Of a stretch of 64,000 nt of DNA, positions 51,270 through 62,353 are shown piece after piece. Under the pieces are notes generated by a model. It worked only from the letters and a program-made list of their open reading frames with translations. It was not told the DNA's origin and did not search any database. Made by a program: the position numbers and the translations under genes. The first letter of the stretch is position 1. Each line of letters begins with the position of its first letter. Source of the DNA: Pavona decussata (taxonomy: Eukaryota); assembly GCA_977016875.1 (NCBI GenBank), contig CDRNST010000214.1:4278001-4342000 (forward strand), given 5' to 3'.

Positions 51270-51555
51270 AGGAATTGTGTTCTTTTGGGAAGGTTCATTT
51301 CAACGAGAATAGGTAGAATTGTGTTCTTTTGGGAAGGTTCGGTTCATCGAGAATAGGTAGAATTGTGTTCTTTTAGGAAGGTTCGGTTCATCGAGAATAG
51401 GTAGAATTGTGTTCTTTTGGGAAGGTTCGGTTCATCGAGAATAGGTAGAATTGTGTTCTTTTGGGAAGGTTCGGTTCATCGAGAATAGGTAGAATTGTGT
51501 TCTTTTGGGAAGGTTCGGTTCATCGAGAGTAGGTAGAATTGTGTTCTTTTGGGAA
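51270..51555. repeat. 44-bp minisatellite, ~6.5 copies, inside a MITE
   Basis: GAGAATAGGTAGAATTGTGTTCTTTTGGGAAGGTTCGGTTCATC at 51305, 51349, 51393, 51437, 51481 and 51525. Confidence 0.95.
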
Positions 51556-52484
51556 CTGCTATTCTGTGTATTCTGTATCATTCCTGAACCGGAATAAGAA
51601 TGGCCACATATATTCTCGACTCCAGAGCTCTTCCCTTTTGCGCATGACTGACAGCGTATGACGTAGTCAAGCCGAGTCGAAAATGAGAATAGCCAGAATT
51701 ATTTCAAAAGAATGCGCGTGCGCTCTAAGTAATTTCTGTGGATAAACGCGAGTGCATATTTACGTTAACCAATCATAGGCTCGGCGCTTGTTCAGTCTGA
51801 ATGAGTAATATTATAGACCGCTATAATTTCCTGACTCGACTCAGTATATTTGTCTGATTTTGCTTAAACTTGCCCGCTAGATCCGTGCTTAAACGCAGGC
51901 TGCCTGTGCGCTGGTTGGAAGTTGAGGGGGCTTGCCGTCAAGCAATAGCCTGTCACCTAGCCCAAGGTCGGGGCTAACAGCTGGTGGGTGGGTCAGAGTT
52001 ATGCGGCAAAAGTAAAGGGGTGGGGAGGGGAGGGTCTTTGACGGCAAGGGTTAAAACAAAATTTAAATGACGGATAAGGGATAATTCATTATAGATAAAC
52101 ATTATATATGGAGAATAATTCAGACAAGATCTGATTAGCAAATAATCTAAAAAAAGAGCAAGGCTGATTTCACGGTAAGGGAAGTATATTTTCCAATATT
52201 TCGAAAGGCACGCCCTGGGCGGCGAACGTAGACGCAGATGACCTTTCCATTTCGTTTATTCCAGGAAAGAGATCATTTGAGTTTGATCGCTGTGAATATA
52301 CCAACATAAACTGAATCTCTTAAAAGGGATTATGAAAACAATTTTTTAATCAGTTAGTAGAGGATCCACATTTACAATTTCGTTTCCATCCGTGATTAGG
52401 AATATAGCAATGAATCTCTTTCGTGGGAGACGCCTTTTCTGGCTTTTTTTCACTCCCCGCGAAAAGAGTTCTTTTCTAGGGCTT

Positions 52485-52928
52485 ATGTCACAGTCCTTTT
52501 CTTTTTCTACCGCTCACCGGGGAGTCTCCGTCGCGTCAGATCAAAAGACATATAAAAGTGAAAAAGAGAGAAGCTCACGTAGAGCTTGGTTCAGCCCAAC
52601 TGACCAGACTAACAGACTGACAGAGGCTCGGAAAGGGGATGAAACCAGGCGTTTTATTCTCGGACTTCTGGCTAATTACTTGTCTCAAATTTCTGCAAGG
52701 CTGGACTGCGTAGAAAACTTAATACGACAGCGACACGATAGAGACCAAACCGAGAATCAACAGAATGCAACCGTGGACAGCTGTTTCGAGCTGGTTGGCT
52801 ATCGTCAGCACGGTGTAGCACAGCAAAAAGTAGAACACCAACGCGAGTCGAGTGGTCTACCAAATGCACGTGGTAGCCGATTTCGGATGGGCCCAAATTC
52901 AGACGTCCGTCCACGTCATAGCGCGTGA
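52485..52928 (+). CDS. Candidate orphan ORF/exon (147 aa from MSQS), unknown function
   Basis: Longest stop-free frame outside repeats in the intergenic region (52392-52928). An acceptor-like TTCTTTTCTAG lies just upstream, and there is a helical segment RRFILGLLANYLSQISARLDCVENLIRQ. No recognisable homology. Confidence 0.25.
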   Translation: MSQSFSFSTAHRGVSVASDQKTYKSEKERSSRRAWFSPTDQTNRLTEARKGDETRRFILGLLANYLSQISARLDCVENLIRQRHDRDQTENQQNATVDSCFELVGYRQHGVAQQKVEHQRESSGLPNARGSRFRMGPNSDVRPRHSA

Positions 52929-53079
52929 CTACGAACAATGAACAAAAGAACTGAAATATCATGTCGCTGTCGAAATAAGTTAAATGAGAAAAGGAAAACT
53001 TTTCTTCACAGGTACATGGCCAAACCATGTTAAAAGGTACAGCATATTGGATCTAAAAAGATCTACGGTCCAAAACATA

Positions 53080-53252
53080 AAAGCAAACAATAAGCAAGGA
53101 ACCGCACAACGAAAATGCTGCAGGATCTGTAAAAGATCTAATAAGCCAAAATATAAATGAGTCATTTATATTTTGGCCTATTAGATCTTTTACAGATCCT
53201 GCGTATACCTGCAGCATTTTCGTTGTGCGGTTCCTTGCTTATTGTTTGCTTT
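53080..53252. repeat. Near-perfect ~170-bp palindrome with a 1-nt spacer
   Basis: Arms mirror about G53161 (..ATAAATGA-G-TCATTTAT..), with one mismatch and a 10-nt insertion in the right arm. Confidence 0.95.
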
Positions 53253-53254
53253 AA

Positions 53255-53636
53255 GGCGGGGGTACACCCTAATTTGAGTGAAATTTGAAGAGGTTTTAAG
53301 AATGGATAGAAGAAAGAAAATGATTTTTGGAACACTAACAGACAGTTGATACCCACGTAAGAGCACCCCGGGTTTCTAGTGGACTAACTTGGTATCCGTC
53401 TATTAATTATTAACTACAAATTCTAATTTTAAAACTTCACTAAATCTTCAATATTTCTTATTTCTCTTAATTTTACTACTCTATTGAGAAAAACTATCTC
53501 CTCCCAAATATACCTAAAAATCACCCCAAAATTTACAAAACACTCCAAAATATTGATTTGTGTAATGAGCGAACGAGATATTTCCGTTGAACCGATTTTA
53601 AGCGGCGCGAAAACGGCTTTCAGGTAGACCCCCGCC
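53255..53636. mobile_element. Kolobok-like MITE
   Basis: TTAA|GGCGGGGGTACACC...GGTAGACCCCCGCC|TCAA. Confidence 0.7.
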
Positions 53637-55393
53637 TCAATTACCTGTGCCCGCGCGAAGCCTGGGACGGGAACAGGTGTTATCAGGGGGTTCAGAATAT
53701 TCGGTGTCGTCAGAGCGCGAAGGTGGAGTCCAGGCCAAAACGAGCGGGAAACACCTGACGGACAGGGCTGCTGTGCCGGAACAGCCGGAACAGACGCCTT
53801 GGGCCATTTTTGTTTCATTCACCTGGTGAAACAAGAGCCGCAAAAGGCATTTTCTCTCGGCGGTTGCGCTACTGGGTTAAAACCACCCGCCGGCTTTACC
53901 AGGCTGCTGCCTTACTAAACCTTTTGAAAGCCACTACTCCCCGTTAACGAGAACTATTTTGTGACTTTAAAGGCGACTAACAGATCCAAATGAGTACTTC
54001 AAGATCGCGTGAGACATCTCTCTCACACGGTCGAGTAAGTAACCAGCTGGCCTTGGAATCTGAACTGGCCAGCTGAGTCCCTTCGCCCATTTTAATTTGT
54101 TTTTCAACTTTTTCTTGCCCTGGCTTGATGGGGATTGTTTATGGCCCCAAGTCTTTAATGATGAAGGACGTGCATGATGATGCACAGCCGAATTCTCATA
54201 ACCCATTCAAGAAACGAGTAGGGGACTGGAGAGGAGACTATAAGACAACTCGAAAAGGTGTCTTCTTAATCTTCTTTCATTGTCCTTCAAAGTCAATTTA
54301 TAGCTGTTTTTTTTTTAATCTTTGCAACAGCCCAAAATTTTAGGTCCTTTGTCACGTCAGGTTATTATCAACTCATGAAATTGTAGACTCGTATGCAGTC
54401 ACGGTACCTCTTGGGCACCATTCACGCGGAATGGATACCTGGAGAACAGATGGACACGAGTAAGCTCTTGTTGAAATAACTGTTTCATTTCCATCGTCCG
54501 ACTAGCCTGCGAGCAACCTCTCTCGGGGAGAGCTTGCTCGGAGGCCGTGATCGTCCTACCGACCCAATTAAAAAAAAATGTGGAAAAAAAAAAGAAAAAA
54601 AAAGGCAATTCAAATAGACAAAAGAAAAAAACAAAACAAAAAAGTTTTCGTTTCGTGGCCTGTTCACTTTGACTTTATGGTACTGTGGCCTGAGCTCGAT
54701 GCTGGAAGCCTCAGGGTGCATTCCGTGTCGTCACACGCCGAAGATGCGCCGAAAGTTACAACTTCCACGCCAAACGGTCGCGGAATTGCCTACTCCAGGC
54801 AAATGTTATGCTCACCTCCATCGGGAGAAAAATCCTGGGACAAAACAGTTCGTTTGAACGGTGGAAGTTTTCAAAAGCCCAGGGAATTTTTCGTCATGCT
54901 ACAAATACGCCTATGTGGTAATCTAAAGCCAGTCGTTATCTTCGCCTCACGATCACACCGCTTTACGCAAGACCACGATCGTGCGCCACTGAGTACGCCG
55001 AGCAATTTGGATAGATCTTTGGCGTACATTTTTTTTTTCGCTTTCTTCTTTTTGGTAGGGCGATGGAAAACGACGCATTTTATCAGGATGGCCTAAAGTT
55101 TTCTTATGTTTCGTGTACTAAACTGCAGAAAAGAAAAGGAACTAGCGAACCGAAGCAAACAGTCTTTACTGTTCAGTTGTGATGCGTCTTCCGTCGTGAC
55201 GTCTTTCCTCTCTTTTGTATTTACGCGCATGAAGCATGTCATGCAGCTTCATGTCACCAGGGTCACGAGTTTTCCCGGATGCTTGGTAACCAGGCTAAGT
55301 AATAGGACACGCGTGTAATCGCACGTACGGTAGACAATGTTACGAAAACTTGTGACCTGATCAAAGCTGGTTCATTCTCACCTCGACGTCAAA

Positions 55394-58300
55394 ATGTCAG
55401 TTCAGATAAAAGAGCGAGTCAGCCAAAACTCTGGACAACCTGCAAAAGTAGCGGTTAAAAAGCATAGATGGTATCTTGGAGGCATGGCTTCTGCCATGGC
55501 GGCCTGTTGCACGCATCCGTTGGATCTACTGAAGGTATACACTGTTCGAAAACAACCTGTGAACTGTGTTTTTAGACCTTAGGCTTGGAAGGTTCACTCC
55601 AAACCTGGGTGTAGTGTTTGTACGTTTTATCATAACTAGCCTTAGTTTCTTCGAAGAAGAAATCTTGAGATATTATTTTATAATTTTTTCTGTGCCCCTT
55701 TTGTGATTTTCATTGAAAACGAATCTTGTAATAGAGCAACCCATGATATGTCGTATCGTATTAAATAATGATTGTGTAACTTATCCTATTGTGAAATTCA
55801 CATTAAATCTGTTTTAATTTCCTATCGTAAATGAATACACAGCTTACCCACTTTTGCTTCGATTAAGACTATACAAATGTAGATGTATTTCTATCGTTTC
55901 TCCTTGTTTTTCTTTCCTGAATAGCTGAACCAAAATGTAAATTGGTAACAATACAGTTAAAAATTAAGTGTAAACTTGTTGCTTTTTTTCATCTCGCTGT
56001 TGATTCATATTTCGCAATTTAGATCTTCCCTGCTCACCGACGCTCACCGACCCATTCATGTTATAGTCTTATACATGCAGTTTTACAGGACATCTATTGT
56101 TGATCATATTCAAGGATCATCGACAGCAACAATAGCCACAGGACACCCACTCAAATTGGCGGTCTAACGTGTGACCTTTTGTAGTTTCTAAAATATGAGC
56201 GAATGTATGTTGTGTTTTATGATCTTTGTGGTTCAAAACTGTGAAGTTTTAGTGATTTGATTCTTACATAGTAAGAGGAGACAAAAGGGGAAAAATTTGA
56301 GCACAGGGTCTGATTTTCAGCACCTAGCTATGTGTCAGGAAAGCTGAATAGAAGAGGTTTGTTTGCATACAATTCAATTGAAAAGCTGTCCAGAACTTGG
56401 GGCACAAGCTGCTAAATATTGAGATATCCAGCAATTGAAACTCCAACCATCTGGTTTAAATTTAAAATTGAAAATGCTGTTGTTTATATATTGAGTTAAG
56501 TAAAAGTACCTGCATCCCACTACAACTGATCTAGTCAAAGACCATAGTTTATAGTTTTGAATGTTTGCCATATAAGTAGAACACTGGTTATTGTTATTAT
56601 TATTACTATTATTATTATTATTATTTTATAACTTTTGTTTTTACTTTTTTCCTTCATTACAGGTTCATTTGCAAACACAGCAGCAGGCTACACATAATCT
56701 AACGTCCATGGCAGTTCATGTTGTGCGGACACAAGGCGTTCTGGCACTTTACAATGGACTCTCGGCCTCCCTAATGAGACAGGTAAAACAAAAGAGTTAA
56801 GACTTAATTACAATAATTGATTGCCAGATATTCATTTAACAGAATGCTGAAGAGAAGGTATAAGTAAATTTTGTTTCAAACTTGTATCATATCTTTCACT
56901 ACTTTTCAAGACAATGTCTTGATGAAAGAGAAAGGAGATCTATCGTCTCATACAAGATATTAACACCCTATATTTATACACATGTGAAATTATTTTTCAG
57001 CTTACATACTCCACAACCCGTTACGGATTGTATGAAGTGGTATCAGCAGAACTAAAGAAAACAAATGGTAAGATATTGATCAGTGTAGTTCAAAATATTA
57101 ACATCTGCTTGGGGCACTTGTCTTACAGTTCCTGTTTTTGCTTTTTCAACATCAAGAAACTGGCTTTTTCCATGGTCTCTGTCATTATGTGTAAATGTGA
57201 AGTAAATTAAATAAGTAGCTTTTAATTTGTAATGTCTTATTATCTTTTTTTCACACTTAGACCCACTACCATTTTACCAGAAAATTATCTTAGGAGCATC
57301 AGCTGGTAAGTAATGAATTAGCAATTTCATGGTATCATAATAATTTTGTCATTCATTTCAATTTTTGCAGTGCAGCTAATAAAAGAAATGTAACAGGCTT
57401 GTCAGGGCTAAATATGGGGTCTCATTTTACTTGCGTGTCTCAAACCATACCCAGCAGTGCTATATGTTAGCAATGCTGAATTGTAGTGAAAAATATGGTT
57501 CAAGAACCAAACTTAACTTTCAATTAGGCTCTATTTCTGTTTTGTTCTGTAGACTATTCGCACAGAAAATGCAAGAGATCATGTTAAGAGTAAACAAGTA
57601 TACTGATAAAATTAGACTAGCTTGCATCAGTCTGTTGGTCTTCCCATTCAAACACAGTTTTCAACCAAATCAGTGCATTTGAGCTATTTGTATTGTGTAC
57701 AAAGAAGTACATTTTTGCACTTTTCAAAAACACCCAGTCTGTTTTCTGATTTTAAGGTTGTTCTTTTTAAATTATTTTACTAGGGTTTTTGGGAGGAATT
57801 GTAGGAAACCCTGCAGATATGGTCAATGTAAGGTAGGAGCAGTTAATTTATATGTCTTGAATTATCTGGCAATTAATTATAAAGTTTAAGCCTGTCCAAT
57901 GAATGAATTTTTTGCTGTGCACTTAATAAATTGAATGTTGTTCTTACACTTTGCAGGATGCAAAATGATGTGAAAACACTTGATCTAGCAAAAAGGAGAA
58001 AGTGAGTATTTCTTGAAAACCAAAGCTGAATTAATAAGATTTAATGGAGGTGTCTAGACAGTCAGAATTTCTATTGCCCAAGCTGATAATTGTGTAATGT
58101 CTTCCTCAAGCACATTGCATAATGTCGTTACTCTACCTAAACTAATTTTTGGATTGAAATAATAAGTAATGTTTAATCATCATTGATGTCTAGTGTTTTT
58201 AAAAGTGTATTATACAGTCACTGTATTTATGTTAAAGTTAAATTAACTATGTTTCATTCAATGTGTGTGATATTATATTTTTAATTAATTAATGTAACAA

Positions 58301-61300
58301 TCATTATTATAATAATTTATTATTGTATCTTGACCATTCTAGTTACAAGCATGTTTTTGATGGTCTCTACCGAACAGCAACAGAAGGTACATGTACATGT
58401 AAACGCTGTCAGTAAGAAATTGCTTAAATTTTTTTCGTGGTTATTTTAAGACTGAAAACTGAAATAAATTTGCATAAAAATATCTCAAAAAATTGTTCGA
58501 TGATTACTATTTGGTTTTGTTTTGTTTTTTTTTTCCTGGAAGAGGGTGTGACGACATGGATGAGGGGAGTGTCTATGACGTCATCTAGAGCTCTTCTTAT
58601 GACAGTGGCCCAGGTAAACTAAATCATGAGTAGTTTCATTGCTGAATAATTAATTTACTTTTATGTTTATGTGTTTTGTGTAAATTCAGATTCAGCAATT
58701 ACTTGTGTGTAACAAATATACCACAAAAGTTATTAACTGTACGTGTAGTGTGCTTGTTATGGTTAGCTGTTTGTTGTACAATTTAACAACGTGCATGTTT
58801 ATATTGATTTTTCATCAATTTAAATTTATGTTCAATGACGTGTATTTATTTTATTTCAACCCTGACTGATTTCATATTATGGCAATATTTGTTCAACTTC
58901 AATATGCTAATTTCTTTCAAGAGCAATATTCATTCAACTTCAACATGCTATTCTCAATAAATATAAATAACACATGCTATTTTCATTCAACAGCAATACT
59001 CACTCAACTCAATACATGCTATTTTCATTCAACAGCAATATTCATTCAACTTCAACATGCTATTTTCATTCAACAGGCACATCTAGTTTCATTCAACAGA
59101 AATATTAATTCAACTTCAATCCAAACTATTTTCATTAAAAATATTCAAACCCGAAATTGAGCTAACATGCTGCTACCCCTACTCTAAAATACGGATGATA
59201 GAGGAAGATGCGAGGAGTGCTTCAAAGAAGGAACTGACACATCCCACATGGTGAGAGAGTGTGTACAAAATGAATTTGCTCTGCAGTGATGAGGCAGTAA
59301 CACTTCATCGCTGATGAGATTGGCAACGTAGTCATGAATTCAGTTCAATCCACAAGTTGTTGAATGAAAAGTAGCACGTGTTAAAGTTGAATGAATAATA
59401 TATTGCTGTTGAATGAAAATAGTGTGTGTTGAAGTTGAATGAATATTGCTGTTGAATGAAAATAGCTGCAGCTTGTGTTGAAGCTGAATAGATGATTATG
59501 ATGAATGAAATTAGCTGAGGTTGAAATTAAATGTAAATATGCATCATTGAATGAAAAGTTAATTAAACTGTTGAAAGGAAAGGGACCTTGTTGAAAATAA
59601 ATTTAAATTGATGAATGTGAACATGCAAGTTGTAGAATTTTGCAATAAATGGCTAACCATAACTTGTCTATGTGAAATAAATATGTCATGCTAGAACGGA
59701 TGTAGTCAGGGAGCTAGTTAAAGAATCCAAGATGGCATGACTTTGTTGTGAGTGACAATACAATACCAAAAGTCATTTAGGGGAGATGTTTTGAACAAGC
59801 AAACGTGGAGGTCTGGGGCAGGTCTCTGACACAAAAACATTGTGAAAAGAGGAAAAAAAAAAGATGTTACACGTACTAGAAGCGTCATTGTATGGTTGCT
59901 CAATAATTAAGCAACCATCACATATATGAAACAACTTTCAACTTAATCAAAAAATAGGTCTAGTCAAACAGAGCAAATGGTTGCACCAAGTAGAAGAAAT
60001 TTTAATATTTTCATTGAGTAATGACTGTATAGTATTACATGTTAATTTACAACACGGGATGAATAAAGTGGTTTAATTATTTTTTGGTTCTTTTACCAGG
60101 TAGCTTGTTATGACCAAGCAAAACAAGTGTTGCTTACAACAAGGCAAGTTTGCAAGTTACTATGAATCATACCTTTTTTCTGTTAACTCAATTAATGAAT
60201 CAATCATGTTCAAAATCATAATTTACTCTACAGTTTCTATTATTAATGTTTAGGTCAGGTCAGAAAAAGCCCAAAATTCAGTAAAGGTTCAAAATTGAAA
60301 ATTCAGCACCTGTGTTTTAGTTGTCATAAGTAGTTCTAGCCAATGCCTGTGTTGGAGATCATTATTGAATTTGGCAATGAAATTACACTAAATTAAATTA
60401 TAATAATAAATTAAATTATAATAAATAATAATATCAGTTCCTTTATTTTCAGGTATTTCAACGATAACATCATTACACACTTCACTGCAAGTTTTATAGC
60501 GGTAAGCAAGACACTTAAATTTACCATGAAATTATAATTGTAAGAAGCAACTTGGAATATAATAATCTGGTTTTGTTGTTAAATATTTTGCAATGATGTA
60601 GTCAACACCATGCAGTTGATCTTTGATCATGAATTACTGATGACTGCACAAAATTGTGCGATCCAACCAGACACAGTGGGTGGGGAGGTGGGGGGTGCTT
60701 ACTCAAGGGTAGGTGCTTATTTCAAATTTCAGCCAGAGTGGTGGGGGGGGGGGGGGGGCATTTTATAATCAAGGGGGGTGTGCATTGAGGTGTTAGGCAC
60801 TTTTTCAAGGACCAGTAGTGCTCATACATTTTGTTGTTTTGAAAGCATTTTTATTGGTTGTGAAGTAGTGATATGATGTTTGTGTATATTTTGTTGTTCT
60901 TTGCATTTCTGTAGTTTGGTGATGAAAATGGATATTTAAATGATTGTAATAATACTGCTTGCTCATTGTCACTATTTTTGGTTTTGAAAGTGGAATATTC
61001 GCCTAGGGAGATTATTGAAGGAATTACAGTGTCTGTTGCTTTTATATTTTTAACATTAAATTATCACTGTCTGCTAATTTATTTATATGAAAACATTTTG
61101 GCAAAGATTTGCAAATAACCCAAACTACCTTCTTAATGACAGTGGGTGGATTGGAATCAACTGAAGTAATTTATGAATTTGTTACCTTAATTTTGCTTCT
61201 GTGCAAGTTTATTTATTTTAAATTCACTTCTAACTTTAAGAGGTAATGTAGCTACATGTACTTCAACAATTTACAGTATAATTGAATGCTGTACTTATTC

Positions 61301-62353
61301 TTTTATTGAGCATTGTATTTCATTAAATTTCAGGGCACAATTGCGACTACTATTACACAACCTGTTGATGTAATGAAAACAAGACTTATGGAGGCCAGAC
61401 CAGGACAGTATAAGGTACAATGCAATGTTAATTTCCATACTGCATCAATCACTGTTACGGGCTGGGGTGCTTTGTGAGGTTCTCTTATAGTATTAACATT
61501 TATTTCAAAATGCATGTCTAATTTTTTGATACATTTAACAATACTGTTATTTTCTATAATATTTAACAATGATTCCATGAGCGCACATTTGATATGAGAT
61601 GATAGATAGTCAAATGAGGTGCATAGCATCGAATTGGCTATAATCATCTCATATCCAACAAGCGTGAGTGGAATAATAATTCACAATTATTGTGAATGTT
61701 GGTCAAAAATTAGTGCTTTTTTGTAAAGTTATTTAATACAGCCTGTATGTAACATCTACATGGACTTTTTTTCTTCCAGAGTGTGGCCCATGCCATTCTT
61801 TACACTGCAAAACTTGGACCACTAGGATTTTATAAGGTGAGTACATATTTTTGAAATTAGCTCATTATTACTGTTATTAGGTAAGGGCTTCTGGATTCAA
61901 ATGACAGTACTTAATATTCATCATAATTTTTTTTGTCTTGATATGACTCTTTGAGTGCATTTCTTTAGTATAAATATTTCAAAGCAGTTGTTTTACAGCT
62001 GTTTTACTGTAAGTTGCTGCTCAGTATTTTGTATTTGTATTTTTTATTTACTCCACATGATCTTATTAGTATATATCAGATTACAGTACAAAAGGAGTGG
62101 AGAAGGGCATAATATAGTAAGCTAATTGTATGCCCTTTAAAATTACATTACAATATTTGGTAAGATAAAAAAAAGAAGAAGAAAAAGTATATTAGAAGCG
62201 CTTGGTGTCATTATTATAGAATTGCAATGCTGATCTTACTTTTTTTTTTAGGGCTTTATCCCAGCTTGGGTCCGTTTAGCGCCACATACAATTATAACGT
62301 GGATTTTCCTGGAACAGCTCAGAAATTTTTTCCCCATGAAGCAACAAGAGTAA
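55394..62353 (+). CDS. SLC25A10: Mitochondrial dicarboxylate carrier (SLC25 family), 13 coding exons, 304 aa
   Basis: Exons: 55394-55534, 56663-56782, 57001-57067, 57261-57305, 57784-57832, 57957-58001, 58343-58386, 58543-58613, 60100-60143, 60453-60501, 61334-61414, 61780-61836, 62252-62353 (915 nt, phases consistent). Three carrier signatures: PLDLLKVHLQ, PADMVNVRMQ, PVDVMKTRLM. DIC-typical motifs: RWYLGG, LYNGLSASLMRQLTYSTTRYG, RLAPHT. Confidence 0.95.
58756..59663. mobile_element. Foldback-like transposon in SLC25A10 intron 8
   Basis: Termini GTTATGGTTAGC...GCTAACCATAAC. The left arm has many ATTTTCATTCAAC repeats, mirrored by GTTGAATGAAAAT repeats in the right arm. Confidence 0.8.

Noticed and set aside
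51270-51555. CRISPR-like array
   Set aside because: Head-to-tail identical units without spacers.
54578-55096. 172-aa ORF
   Set aside because: It begins in poly(A)-rich sequence, has no recognisable domain, and lies in the CpG-rich upstream region of SLC25A10, where stops are depleted.
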